Shown: positions 53,902-64,000 of the stretch, one piece after another | Layout: the number at the start of each line of letters is the position of its first letter | Numbering within the stretch: position 1 is the first letter of the stretch | Source of the DNA: Camelus ferus | Lineage: Eukaryota | DNA length: 64,000 nt | Assembly (NCBI RefSeq): GCF_009834535.1 | Contig: NC_045696.1 | Span: 111,726,001 to 111,790,000 of the forward strand | Direction of reading: 5' to 3' | Position numbers and translations under genes: made by a program | Notes under the pieces: model-generated | The model's database searches: none | Told to the model about the DNA's origin: nothing | Seen by the model: the letters and a program-made list of their open reading frames with translations, nothing else

Positions 53902-54134
53902 TGAACAATTGTATCCCTGTACATTTGTGATTTTCACAGAAAGGATTCTTTGCTTCAGAAGCTATCCCAGTTCTAGAAAAAAATTTTAAATGCTTGTCTT
54001 CTGTTCAAAAGGCAATACATATCCATTTAAAAAATAACAGTAAGATAAAGTAAAATATAAAATAAGCTGAGTAGGGATTAGGAAAAGATTAAAAGTCAAA
54101 GGTATCCATACTGATTAAAAAATTTTTTTTAATC

Positions 54135-54480
54135 AGTAATAAAAGAGGAATGAACTACTGATACACTCAATAATATGGATAAATCTCAAAAAAATTGAGT
54201 GAAAGAAGCCAGGCACCAAAGAGTATATTCTGTATGACTCCATTTACATAAAATTCTAGAAAAGGCAACTTTTATCTGTAGTGACAGAAGGTTCCTCTGG
54301 AGCTGGGAGGATTGACTGCAAAGGAGCAAGAGGAAATTTTTCCAGTGATAGAAACGTTCTATATTTTGATGGAGGTAGTTCCACAAGTCTGTGTACACCT
54401 TTATCAAACTCACTTAACTGTACACTAGAAACGTGTGCAATTTACTATATATAAAGTATGCCTTAGTAAAACTGACTAAA
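54135..54480 (+). mobile_element. Old L1 (L1MB/ME-like) 3' end
   Basis: ggaatgaactactgatac...gagtgaaagaagccag...tgtatgactccatttacataaaattctagaaaaggcaa. Confidence 0.8.
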
Positions 54481-54661
54481 CAAACATGATTTTCAACTTT
54501 AGAATAACCTTGGGTCAAAACATCCTCCTTGCTATCCCTTCTGATTGGATCCCCTCCATAGGAATCTGGCCTCACCCCAACTTGTTCTCCAGTCTACAGC
54601 CAGAGTGGTATTTGTAAAAAGAAATGTGATCTTCTGCTGACAACTCCCATTCATCTTCACG

Positions 54662-55237
54662 TGTACCAGTCAGGGTTCAGAGAGAGAACCACCAAGACAG
54701 ATACAGATTTAGACATTTGTTACAGGGACTTGACCTACAGTTATGAGAACTGGCTAAATAGTCTCTCTAAGGCTGTTAGTCAATCTATTACCGTCTGCTA
54801 CTGGCAACTGCAGTCCACCGCGCAGGCAGTCGGGAAGGGAAAGTGGATGTAAACTTCTAATAACCAGCTAGAAAGCACAACCGTAAGGATGAACTGAAGT
54901 CTATCAGTTCTTGCTGCCTCTGATCTTGGTGGCACGGGGCAGAAGCTGGGCCATTCATGAAGCTCAACACAAACCTGGCCCAGGAGTCAGGGAAACTGAA
55001 GAAGGATCCAGGGCCAGGTGAAGCAGCTGGAGGTCCAGCCACTGTCTCACCTCAAGGAAGTCAGCCAGCAGAGCCAGGACATGTATGAGCTACAGAACGC
55101 TTGCTGCTTCACAACCGCTGTGCAAGTATCCCACAGGAATCTCTTGTGGTCGGCCCTAACCAAAAGCACAGTGAAGAGAATTCCGGGAAATGCAGTTCAG
55201 CCTAGCCAACTTGATACATTACAAAACCATTGTAACA
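54662..55237 (-). mobile_element. Old ERVL-class LTR
   Basis: tgtaccagtcagggttc...cagcctagccaacttgataca...aca. Confidence 0.6.
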
Positions 55238-56442
55238 CCCCAAATCTTAAATGGCTTCCCATGACACTTACTGCATTAACAAAACTTTGATGTATCACTT
55301 TACCGTTGGTGGCCAGAACAAAACCAGGTCCATAGTTAGCACCCAATAAATTTTAGTGGAACAAACTGTATGCCAGTGGGATTTAAAACTGATTATAACA
55401 GAATGAATATGGCTGGAGTCTTAGGCATATAGCAAAGTCAGTGGGCAGACAATGTTGGCAGCCTATTAGTACGTGGGGAATGCTGTTCACTTTGGCAGAA
55501 ATACACACATTCCATCTACCCAGTTATTAACTTTATCCCTTTGATATATAAACCGCCATTCCAACACAGACTTCCCGTCTTAGTCTGAGTTCCCCAGAAA
55601 GCAGAAATGAGAACAAAGTGGTTTGTTTAGGAAGTGATTCCTGAGCAGGATTAAAAATCAGAGCAGGAACAGGGAAGGGAAAAAAAGCCAATAAAAAGGG
55701 TGTTACTGAGCTGGTTAATGTTGGGGGCACTGAAGCTTTATCTCACTGGAAACCCCAGGAACTATACAGAACCTTAGGTATCATTCTGAAAGGAGGCCAA
55801 GGTGCTTATCCACCTCCCACCCTAGCTGGTTAAGTGCTGCCTTTAGGGAAATTGCCCCCCTCCCCCTCCCAAAAATTCCAGCCAGAGGGAGAACCCCCAA
55901 GGTGGAAGAGGTGGAGGCCCCACCAGCACTTGTGGTGAGATGGTGGAGGCACACAAAACCATCTACCACAGCAGCAACAAAGCTAGAGGTGGGCGAGGTG
56001 ATGTGGCTTGTGTCCCCAAGCTCTGCTCCACTTCCCAAAGACCTTCATCTCCACTGCTCACTAGGTGTCACCATTCATACAAAAAGAATAAGAAGTGCCA
56101 AACCAATTTCACTTCCTTCTTTCAGAGCACTGATAGCTTGGAAATTTAAGGAAATTCTGTTACTTTGCTTAATTCCAGTACAGACAATAGGAATAAGAGA
56201 GCTAACAGGTAAGGGGTAAACAGATCCCTGCTGGCTGACAGCTATATTCAAAGAGTGCTGACGAGTGATAAGAAACTCACGGTTGTATTTGTACTCCTTC
56301 CCTATACGCTGGCTGGGAATGGTGTGCCTGGAGTTGGAATACCTAGCACAGAGCAGCTATTTGCCAAATGTTTGCAAAAGGGACAAGAGTGGGTGAAATG
56401 TTGTGAAGAGTCGTTTGACCTAGAGCATCAGGAAAACACAGA

Positions 56443-56660
56443 TCAGTGCTTCTCATGTGGGGCTCCTTCCCCCCACCTCCTGGAAACATGTGGCAGTGTC
56501 TAGAGACATTTTTGGTTGTCACAATTGGGGAAGGAGGTGCTATTAGAATCTAGTGGGTAAAGACTAGGATGCTGTTAATATAACACAGCTCCCCTCCCCT
56601 TTCCCCAACAAAAAATTCTCCTGCTCAACATATCAACAGCACCAAGGTTGAGAAACCTTG
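56443..56660. mobile_element. MER20 DNA transposon
   Basis: ggcagtgtctagagacatttttggttgtcacaa...tctagtgggta...aaggttgagaaacc. Confidence 0.85.
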
Positions 56661-56765
56661 ACAAAGGTAAAGGATATCTGGGTATGGATATATAAGGATA
56701 TTGATTTATATAAACATATTATTTCTCCACTGAATGCAGTTTATAACATTAAAAAAAAATCAACA

Positions 56766-56771
56766 TTTAAT
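56766..56771 (-). terminator. Candidate OXSM polyadenylation signal (ATTAAA)
   Basis: ATTAAA on the minus strand 15 nt after the stop codon, followed by a T-rich run; no canonical AATAAA nearby. Confidence 0.55.
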
Positions 56772-56786
56772 TACAAATGATTTGAC

Positions 56787-57189
56787 CTACATGCCAGCAA
56801 TACAAAGTGTCGCATTAGTACCACCAAAGCCAAATGAATTGGTGAGTCCAATACATCTTTTCTCAGTTTTCCATTCCTGTGCCTTGAGTGGCACATAATT
56901 GAGATCAAACTGTGGTTCTGTACAATCCAGATTTAAGGTGGGTGGCAATTTTCGATGGTAACAAGCCAGGGCGGTAAAAGCTGCTTCAGCAGCACCCGCA
57001 GCCCCCAGCAGATGTCCCGTGGCTCCCTTGGTAGAGGAAACTGCGAGGGCCTGTGCATGATCTTTGAAAAGACGTTTGATGGCTTTGTTTTCAGCAGCGT
57101 CTCCCAACGGTGTAGAAGTAGCATGTGCGTTGATGTAGGATACCTCTTCGGGTCGTACACCTGCATCTTTTACAGCAGCAGCCATACAT
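56787..57189 (-). CDS. OXSM: OXSM last coding exon
   Basis: Acceptor ttgttag|A at 57189 completes the AG+A Arg codon in frame. Encodes YINAHATST and [12 protein letters not shown] (the two catalytic His) and [12 protein letters not shown] stop at 56789-56787. Spliced CDS is 1383 nt = 460 aa. Confidence 0.98.
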
Positions 57190-59012
57190 CTAACAAGATC
57201 GGAAAGGAAATTGGATGTATCAGAACCACATTTAATTTTAACAAGAAATTCATTATCTGCATGGCTTATGTAAAAGCAATAGCCAAGTACACTGGATGAA
57301 AAGAATTTTTTATGCTCTAACAACAGCTCTAGTAATAGAACAGCATCTTGGATCAACATGTGAGCAAGAATGCCACCTGCATGGGAATAAAGTCACCCCC
57401 AGAACCTGGGACTGATTCATCACACGTGAGAAACATACAAGCCTGTGGATTTTATAATCTGTAACTTTTCATTGTATTTGAAATGCCCTTTTGTCCTTGA
57501 GGAAAAATCCATGAAAATTAAGAATTTTTTATCAGTGGGGTATGTAAGTAGAGTTAAAATGGGGAGAAGAAAATTTATAACTATATTTTAATTTTTTCTT
57601 TCATATTTAAATGTAAAACTTGGCCAATAAACTAAAAAATTTCCCAGTAAGCTAAAAAATGTCTGTACCATTACTTTAGTGCTTCAAATAACCTTTCAAA
57701 ATCCTCTTATTCAGGCTATAAGAATCTAAATAAATGAAGTATAACGCTAAACCAAAAAAACAAATCCAAAAATAAAACATTTCTCTGGGAAAACCCTTGA
57801 AAAATCCCACGGATGTTAACACCTTCTCTTTTAGTTCTTGATCTCTGGGCTGCATATACTTCCTTCAGAGGCAGCTCAGAGTATAATTTGAAGTGTGCTG
57901 AAAGGATTCACCTAAACATAACTGTTTCCTCATCTAGCTGGCTACTATGTTTGACATTTCCAGCACCAGCAACTACTCACTAAAACTAAAAAGTATAATT
58001 CAGGGGTCGGTGAACTATGACATTGGCTAGATTCCTGTTTTTGCAAATACATTTGGCCCTTCAACCACACAGGGGTTAGGGGTGCTGCCCCCTCCCCTCA
58101 GCACAGTGGACAATTCTCTGTAACTTGACAGTTGGCCGTCCACATCCCCAATTCCACATCCACGGATTTAGTGCAGATCACGCAGTACTGCTGTATGTAT
58201 TTAGTGAAATAAGTGGCATGTAAGTGGAACCAAGCAGTTCAAACCCGTGTTGTTCAAGGGTCAGAGACTATGGCTCACAAAGCAAAAATATTTATTTTTT
58301 ATTCCTTTAGAGAAAAGGCTTGCCAACCCGTGGCTAATTTAACTGATTAAAACACAATATGATCTAAGTAAGCTAAACTATTAACTAACATATTAACATA
58401 CTATCAGAGGGATTTTGGGGGCTTGGGGTTTTTTGTTTGTTTTGTTTTTTTTACTTAACTCACTATGTCTTCTACAATGATAGCAACTTGCTTTTCTAAG
58501 TGTGGTCCATAGACCAGCAGCAGGACCTAGGGGCTTGTGAGAAATGCAGAATCTCAAGCACCACCATAGACCTATAGTCAGACTCTGCATTTTAATAAGA
58601 GCGATTAAAAGTTGAGACGCACCAATTTAATAACAGCAGAACCCTGCTGAAATGGAGCAGAGACCAGATGCATCTAGATCAAAGGGTTAACCTTCCTGTC
58701 TAAGTCTGATGAAAGGCTTGTGGGAGGGAGCACCCTGACAGCTGTTAAGCACAACTGAAGGTATGTGAACATGGCCTTCTTCACAACTTCACTGTCCTTA
58801 ACTAAAAATTCAGTTTTCTTAAGGATAATCAAATGTTTTCAAATATATCGAACACAGTAAAGCAAAGAATTCAAAAAAAACTGTTTGGCCTAACATGGAA
58901 AAACAACAGAGATACAGTACACTAAGGCCAAATACTACAATTTTTCCTAAGTTGAAACTCCAATAAAGGGTTTTATCTGAAGAAATATTTGGAACAAACC
59001 ACCAGTCTTTAC

Positions 59013-59992
59013 CTGAAGGCACCTTCTCCTCCAGGATCAGGGGCGGTTATGTGACCAGCATCACCTGAGAGTCCGTAGCCCAAAATTTCTGCGTAGATCC
59101 GGGCCCCTCTTTGAACAGCATGCTCACGTTCTTCTAGCACCAGCACGGCGGCTCCTTCTCCCATGACAAAACCATCTCTCTCTGGATGAAATGGTCGACA
59201 TGCCAACTTAGGATCAGAGTTTGTGCTCAGAGCTCGGGCTCTGGAAAACCCAGCAAGCGATAAAGGGCTGATGCAAGAATCTGTACCTCCAGCCACCATC
59301 ACATCAGCATCGCCGTGGGCTATAAATCTAAAGGAGTCTCCCACAGCATGAGCTCCGGTGGTACAGGCTGTGGACACCGCATGGTTGGGGCCCCTGAGTT
59401 TATGTCGAATGCTGACCTGGCCTGCGGCCATATTGACCAGAATCTTAGGGACAAAGAATGGGCTGACTTTGTTGTAACCTTTCGTCTGAAACATCAAAGC
59501 AGTTTCAGAAATAACTTCAAGAGGAACCATTCCCATGCCGATTGCAACACCAGTAGCCAGCTGATCAGCTTCTGACTGGGGATGCCAGCCGGAATCTTTC
59601 AAGGCTAACTCTGCAGCCCCTATGGCCATGATGGTGGGAGAAGACATGGCCTTGACGTCTGATTTGGTCACAAAGTTTTGTTCATTGAATTGCCCTTCAT
59701 CACACCCTCTTGGCACGTAAGCAGCAACACTGCAAGGGATAGTCTTGTACTCTTCACCAACCAGCGGAACAATCCCACTCTTTCCCTGGATTAGACGATC
59801 CCATACCAGCTGAGTTCCAACACCAAGTGGAGTCACTAAGCCAATGCCTGTAATGACAACCCGCCTACGCAAGCTGGAGGACGGCGCAGTTCCGGAAAAC
59901 CTCCTTTCACTTATTAATCGCTGGCATAATCGTGTATGTATTAGAGGAGAGTTTGTCATTTTTAGAAAATTTTGCAAGCAGTTTGACAGCAT
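59013..59992 (-). CDS. OXSM: OXSM first coding exon (3-oxoacyl-ACP synthase, mitochondrial; FabF/KAS II-like), with N-terminal mitochondrial targeting peptide
   Basis: [13 protein letters not shown]...[16 protein letters not shown]...[12 protein letters not shown] (catalytic Cys)...[10 protein letters not shown]...GEGAF. Acceptor ttacag|G at 60021, ATG in context aaccATG at 59992, donor CAG|gtaaag after 59013. 980 coding nt, phase 2. Confidence 0.98.
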
Positions 59993-60309
59993 GGTTGAGA
60001 TTCAGATGATCAGAAACATTCCTGTAACAGACCACAGCACGCCCAGCAGGTACCCACTGTCGCGTAAACAGCTTAAAGGCCTAAGAAACGATAGCCAAGA
60101 TGTTCTTTCAGGAGCTTGGTGTGAGCTGTTAATGAGCAGAGGGAAAATAATGTTACGTCATTTTAATTCATACTTATCATCAAACTACCTGTTTGGACTT
60201 AACCCTTTTTAGACTCTCAGACATTCCAAAACAGGTGAAAGGACGATTCAGTCCATTTACCACAACAGAACTCTACAATGAGAAACACACGGGCACCCCC
60301 AACCTGATC

Positions 60310-60935
60310 CAGGCTGCGGGAAGCACCCTCTCACAGGACTACCGAGGCCTTTTTATGAATAGTATTCCTGGCGTCGGCGACACAAAACACATTTCAGGGC
60401 CTATTCTTGGGGTAAGGCTGAGTGTTTTGATCTTCAACGTGGAGATAATCAGGGTTTCAGGGACCGCGAAAGTCAGGGGCGGGAGAAAGGGGGAGCGCAG
60501 GGGTGGGGCCAACTCCCCGCACCGCCCCTCACACCCGAGGAAAGCGCGGCGAGAGGAAAAGACGCCAGGCCCAGGCCCTCCGCCCCCTTCTCCGCGCCCA
60601 ACCTCGCCCCGACCCCGCGGGGGAAGGCGGAAGGAGAAGAACAGCCAGCTCCTGCTACCTGCCCCCGGCCTCGTGCGTCTCCGGCGCTGCGCTGGCGTGC
60701 GCACGCGCACACGCACACGCTCGTCCGCACAGGCGCGCGCACGCGCACACGCTCGTCCGCACAGGCGCGCGCGCGCCTGACGTGCGCGCCGGGCCGGCGG
60801 GTGCCCTTCGTCCGCGTCACCTTGGCAGAGGTCAGACCGCGGGAGGAGGCGGGTGCGGGCTCCGCTGGGGAAGGCTCCTCTCGCGTAACCTCAGCGACTA
60901 ACCAGGAACGTGCACGTAACGCGAAGCGATAGCTT
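60310..60935. promoter_or_regulatory. CpG island / OXSM promoter and non-coding exon 1 (probably shared with head-to-head NGLY1)
   Basis: Only strongly CpG-rich stretch in the window. NRF1 consensus matches at 60698-60709 and 60736-60747; GC boxes. Candidate minus-strand donors CAG|gtagca (60659) and AAG|gtgacg (60821). NGLY1 adjacency is from known mammalian synteny, not seen here. Confidence 0.85.
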
Positions 60936-63900
60936 TTTTGCCTATCAAAGAGGATTTTTGTGTGTGTGTTTTTTTGGTAATAATAATGCCCAAACATCCC
61001 CCTGCTGTGGGAAAAGGGACATCATCCTATGCTACTGGAATCCTAGAGAAGAATGAAAGAAGTGACTGTATCCTTAGAGTTATTACTGTATCTCCCAAAG
61101 CTATTAAAAATAACAAAGTAGAACTAATCAAAATGCCCAACATCAGGAAATCGGTTGTGTATTTTGTGATACATCTAAATGCTGTGCAGCCAGTTAAAAC
61201 AATTTTATAACTGAACATTAATGTGGAAAGATGTTGAAACCATGTTAGAAATTGCAAGTTGTAACTTTTTCCTTTTTTTTTTAAGATTTTTTGGGGGGGG
61301 AGATCTGCAAGTATGAACAATAATTGTGATGTTCCTCCCCCCTTACTTTTGCTTAGCCTTGTTTACTATTTCTCCAGTAAACAAATAATGCTTTTGTAAT
61401 GATAAAGGTATTTTTGCATTTAAAAAATTGTTTTCAGATCTGGGGCAGTGCTCAAAATATTACACCCAATGTCTGACTAGAATGGAGACAAGAATAGAAT
61501 AAAGAAGAATGTATATGTTTATTTCTAAATGTTTGAAAACGTCACTAAGTTTTATTTGCTCAGAGCTGGCTGTGACTCTATCAAGGGAAAAATAACATGA
61601 AAATATAAAAAAGCAAGAAATCAACAAAGTGGTATTTATTTAGATGACTATCTACTGCTCACCTGCTGTCCCAGGTGTGTTTTGTGTCCTTTTTCCTTCT
61701 TTAAAAAGATTGGCCATTTAATCTGCATCTGAACCTTTCAGCGTATTTATTTCTTCCCGGGCAATGCTCTTGAAGCGCTCATTTCCAAGTAAAGGCCTCT
61801 GCCTTCTTTTTTAGCTCTAGAGAAGAATTTGGGAGAAGCTTAGCTTTTCCTGGTTAGTACTGGATTAAAATGTGTTTGGAAATACACTTATTCTAAAGTA
61901 GTTCAGGGAAGCCCAGTATGACCTTGAATCATCCTTGATCCAAGGCCTGTTCATTCACTTCTTAGCACGACCTTCATTCAATACAACAGAGTTACTTTAA
62001 GAGGAATTAAAACAAACTTGTGGTCATAAAATACAACTAAAACTTAATGAGTGAGAAGTACCCAAACTTGTTCTTTCCTCTCTCCATTGCTAAACAATAT
62101 TTTAAAATCATAGTGTGAAAAGGCCTATGATATTTTCTTTGAGACCAAACTTATATGAAACACATAGTTTTAACATGCTTTTCTTTTTCCTTTTGTAACA
62201 TCATAAAATTATCTTGGATAAGAAGTGACAAATCACCAACAAGTCCGATCTTTCCTTTAGTCTGGAAAGGGGCGAGAAATTTTATGATATTCTAATTGCT
62301 GTATATAATTTAGTACCATATTCCTTGGTAAAATACCAGGGTCTTTTCTTGCACCAAAATCTTCAAAGGGGCTCTACTACCATAGCCTCCTAGTCACACT
62401 TAGGTTTACTTAAATTTTTTGTAATCTGATTCAAAACTATCTTTCCAGATATGATTCCCATTCTCTATTAAAATAGATTTCTACCCAGCAAAACTAATCT
62501 ATTTCTAGATTGACTTCAGCTTTTCTTTTTTCATCTCTGTATCTTTGCTTGTACTTTCAACATTCATTTTCTTCCTAACTTGTGCTAGAAGCTGGCATAT
62601 GAAAATTAGTAGGGTATGGTTCTTGCTTTCAAGAAGTTTCAAGTTCACAGTCAAGTAGAAGCTGACAGCCTTGGAGACAGATATGTGCAAACTACTGAAA
62701 CAGATGCTGTAACAGAAGAATGTAACAGAATTATTATAATAACACAAAGGAGACAATGGGGTCTGTGCTACCTTCCAAAGTCAGAAAAGGCTTCAAAACA
62801 AGTGAACTTTGAACTGCATCTTGAAAATGAGTAAATGTTTGTAGCTAGTAAATTTGGCAGGAAAAGGGCATCCTCACAGGCAGAGTAGAACAAAGACCTG
62901 GAGCCCTGGTATCTCCCACAAACTGCTGGTAGTAGTTCCACGTGATCAATGTTGGATTTGAGGTGTGAGTGAAAGTGACACACAGACTGATAGGAAAAAG
63001 TCTTGGGTGTCGTGCTGAAAACTCTGGATTTGATCCTGCAGGTCAGAGATGATATGCGGGCAGCCCTGGTCTAATATGGACTGCAACATTCTTTTGTTGA
63101 ATCTAAATTCCTCCAGGAAGGAAATGGTAAGCTCCCTCATTCCCTTCACCAGGGTCTCTGCTCCTCCTTTTCTTCTTGAACAAAGCCACTGAGGACATTC
63201 AAGTTACTTGCCTGACTCCTGACATCATTTGACTGTACGATGTGGGCAAAGATTAGCCATAGAAAACTTGTCACCAGAAGAATAATATGATCAGCTGGGT
63301 GGTGTAGAAAGATCACCATTGCAGCAGTGTGCAGAGGGGATTTGAGATGTGGGAATGGACGTGGGGAAGAGAGTTAAGACTGGTGAGGCCCTGAACTGAG
63401 GCAACGGCAAGGAGGAGAGATGGAGACGATGTTGAGGGGGAAATGTGGCTGGGATCCTGTCCCTTTGTACATCGGGACAGGGGGACAGTTTATCTCACAG
63501 CTGGGAAGTCCTCCTCTTCGTCACCTCATGAACCTCCAAATTTAAGGGTTCTGTTCAAATTCTTCCTCTTCCATGAAACTGCAACCACAGTGGAATTTTC
63601 CTTCCTCTAAACTAATAGTTCTCAAACTTTACCTTGCACCAAAATCATCTGAAGGGCTTACCACACAGATTGCGGGGCCTCACCTTTAAAGACGGGGCCT
63701 GAGAATATTCTGCCGAATTCCCTGATGCTGATACTACTGGTGTAACTAGTCACAATGACTCCCATGAAAGCAGGGCCTGGGCCCATCTCCTCCCCTGCTT
63801 CATAGTGCCTAGCACAGTGCTTGGCTTTCAGTAGCCGCTTCATAAATGTTTGGTGAGTGAATGAACTATGGAATGAATTCATAAATACATACCCTTATAT

Positions 63901-64000
63901 TGGCTGGTATTCATACACCACTTTGTGTGTTTCTTACCAAATGACTTCTATTTTTCTTTTCACAAAAACTTTTTTGTTTCATCAACTAATGGGCTATCTG

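Noticed and set aside
57190..57359. In-frame N-terminal extension of the 190-aa ORF upstream of the last OXSM exon
   Set aside because: Intronic; KAS similarity starts exactly at the acceptor at 57189.
60193..60997. Overlapping 125-195-aa Arg/Pro/Gly-rich ORFs
   Set aside because: Expected in stop-poor CpG-island sequence; no recognisable domain.
61000..64000. NGLY1 exons
   Set aside because: No PUB or transglutaminase-like coding sequence seen; only old L1/L2/MER5 relics and AT-rich DNA.

Overview
Mammalian genomic DNA, most likely a camelid (two vic-1-type tRNA-derived SINEs). The only host gene I can support is OXSM (mitochondrial beta-ketoacyl-ACP synthase) on the minus strand. It has two coding exons (59992-59013 and 57189-56787, 460 aa), a CpG-island promoter at about 60.3-60.9 kb and a very short 3' UTR. 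The other ~56 kb downstream of OXSM is intergenic and repeat-dense: L1 fragments (one very young), about 20 LTRs or LTR fragments, nested class III ERV remnants at 48.7-53.5 kb, and MLT/L2/MIR/MER relics. I found no previously undescribed protein-coding or CRISPR-like system. The best leads are five MER41-like LTRs carrying STAT/POU motifs, an env-bearing ERV nested in an ERV-L pol, an ancient 290-bp inverted duplication, a decayed ~75-bp-period repeat, an OXSM uORF and duplicated NRF1 sites. Repeat family names come from my recall of consensus sequences, not from a database search; old-repeat boundaries are approximate.
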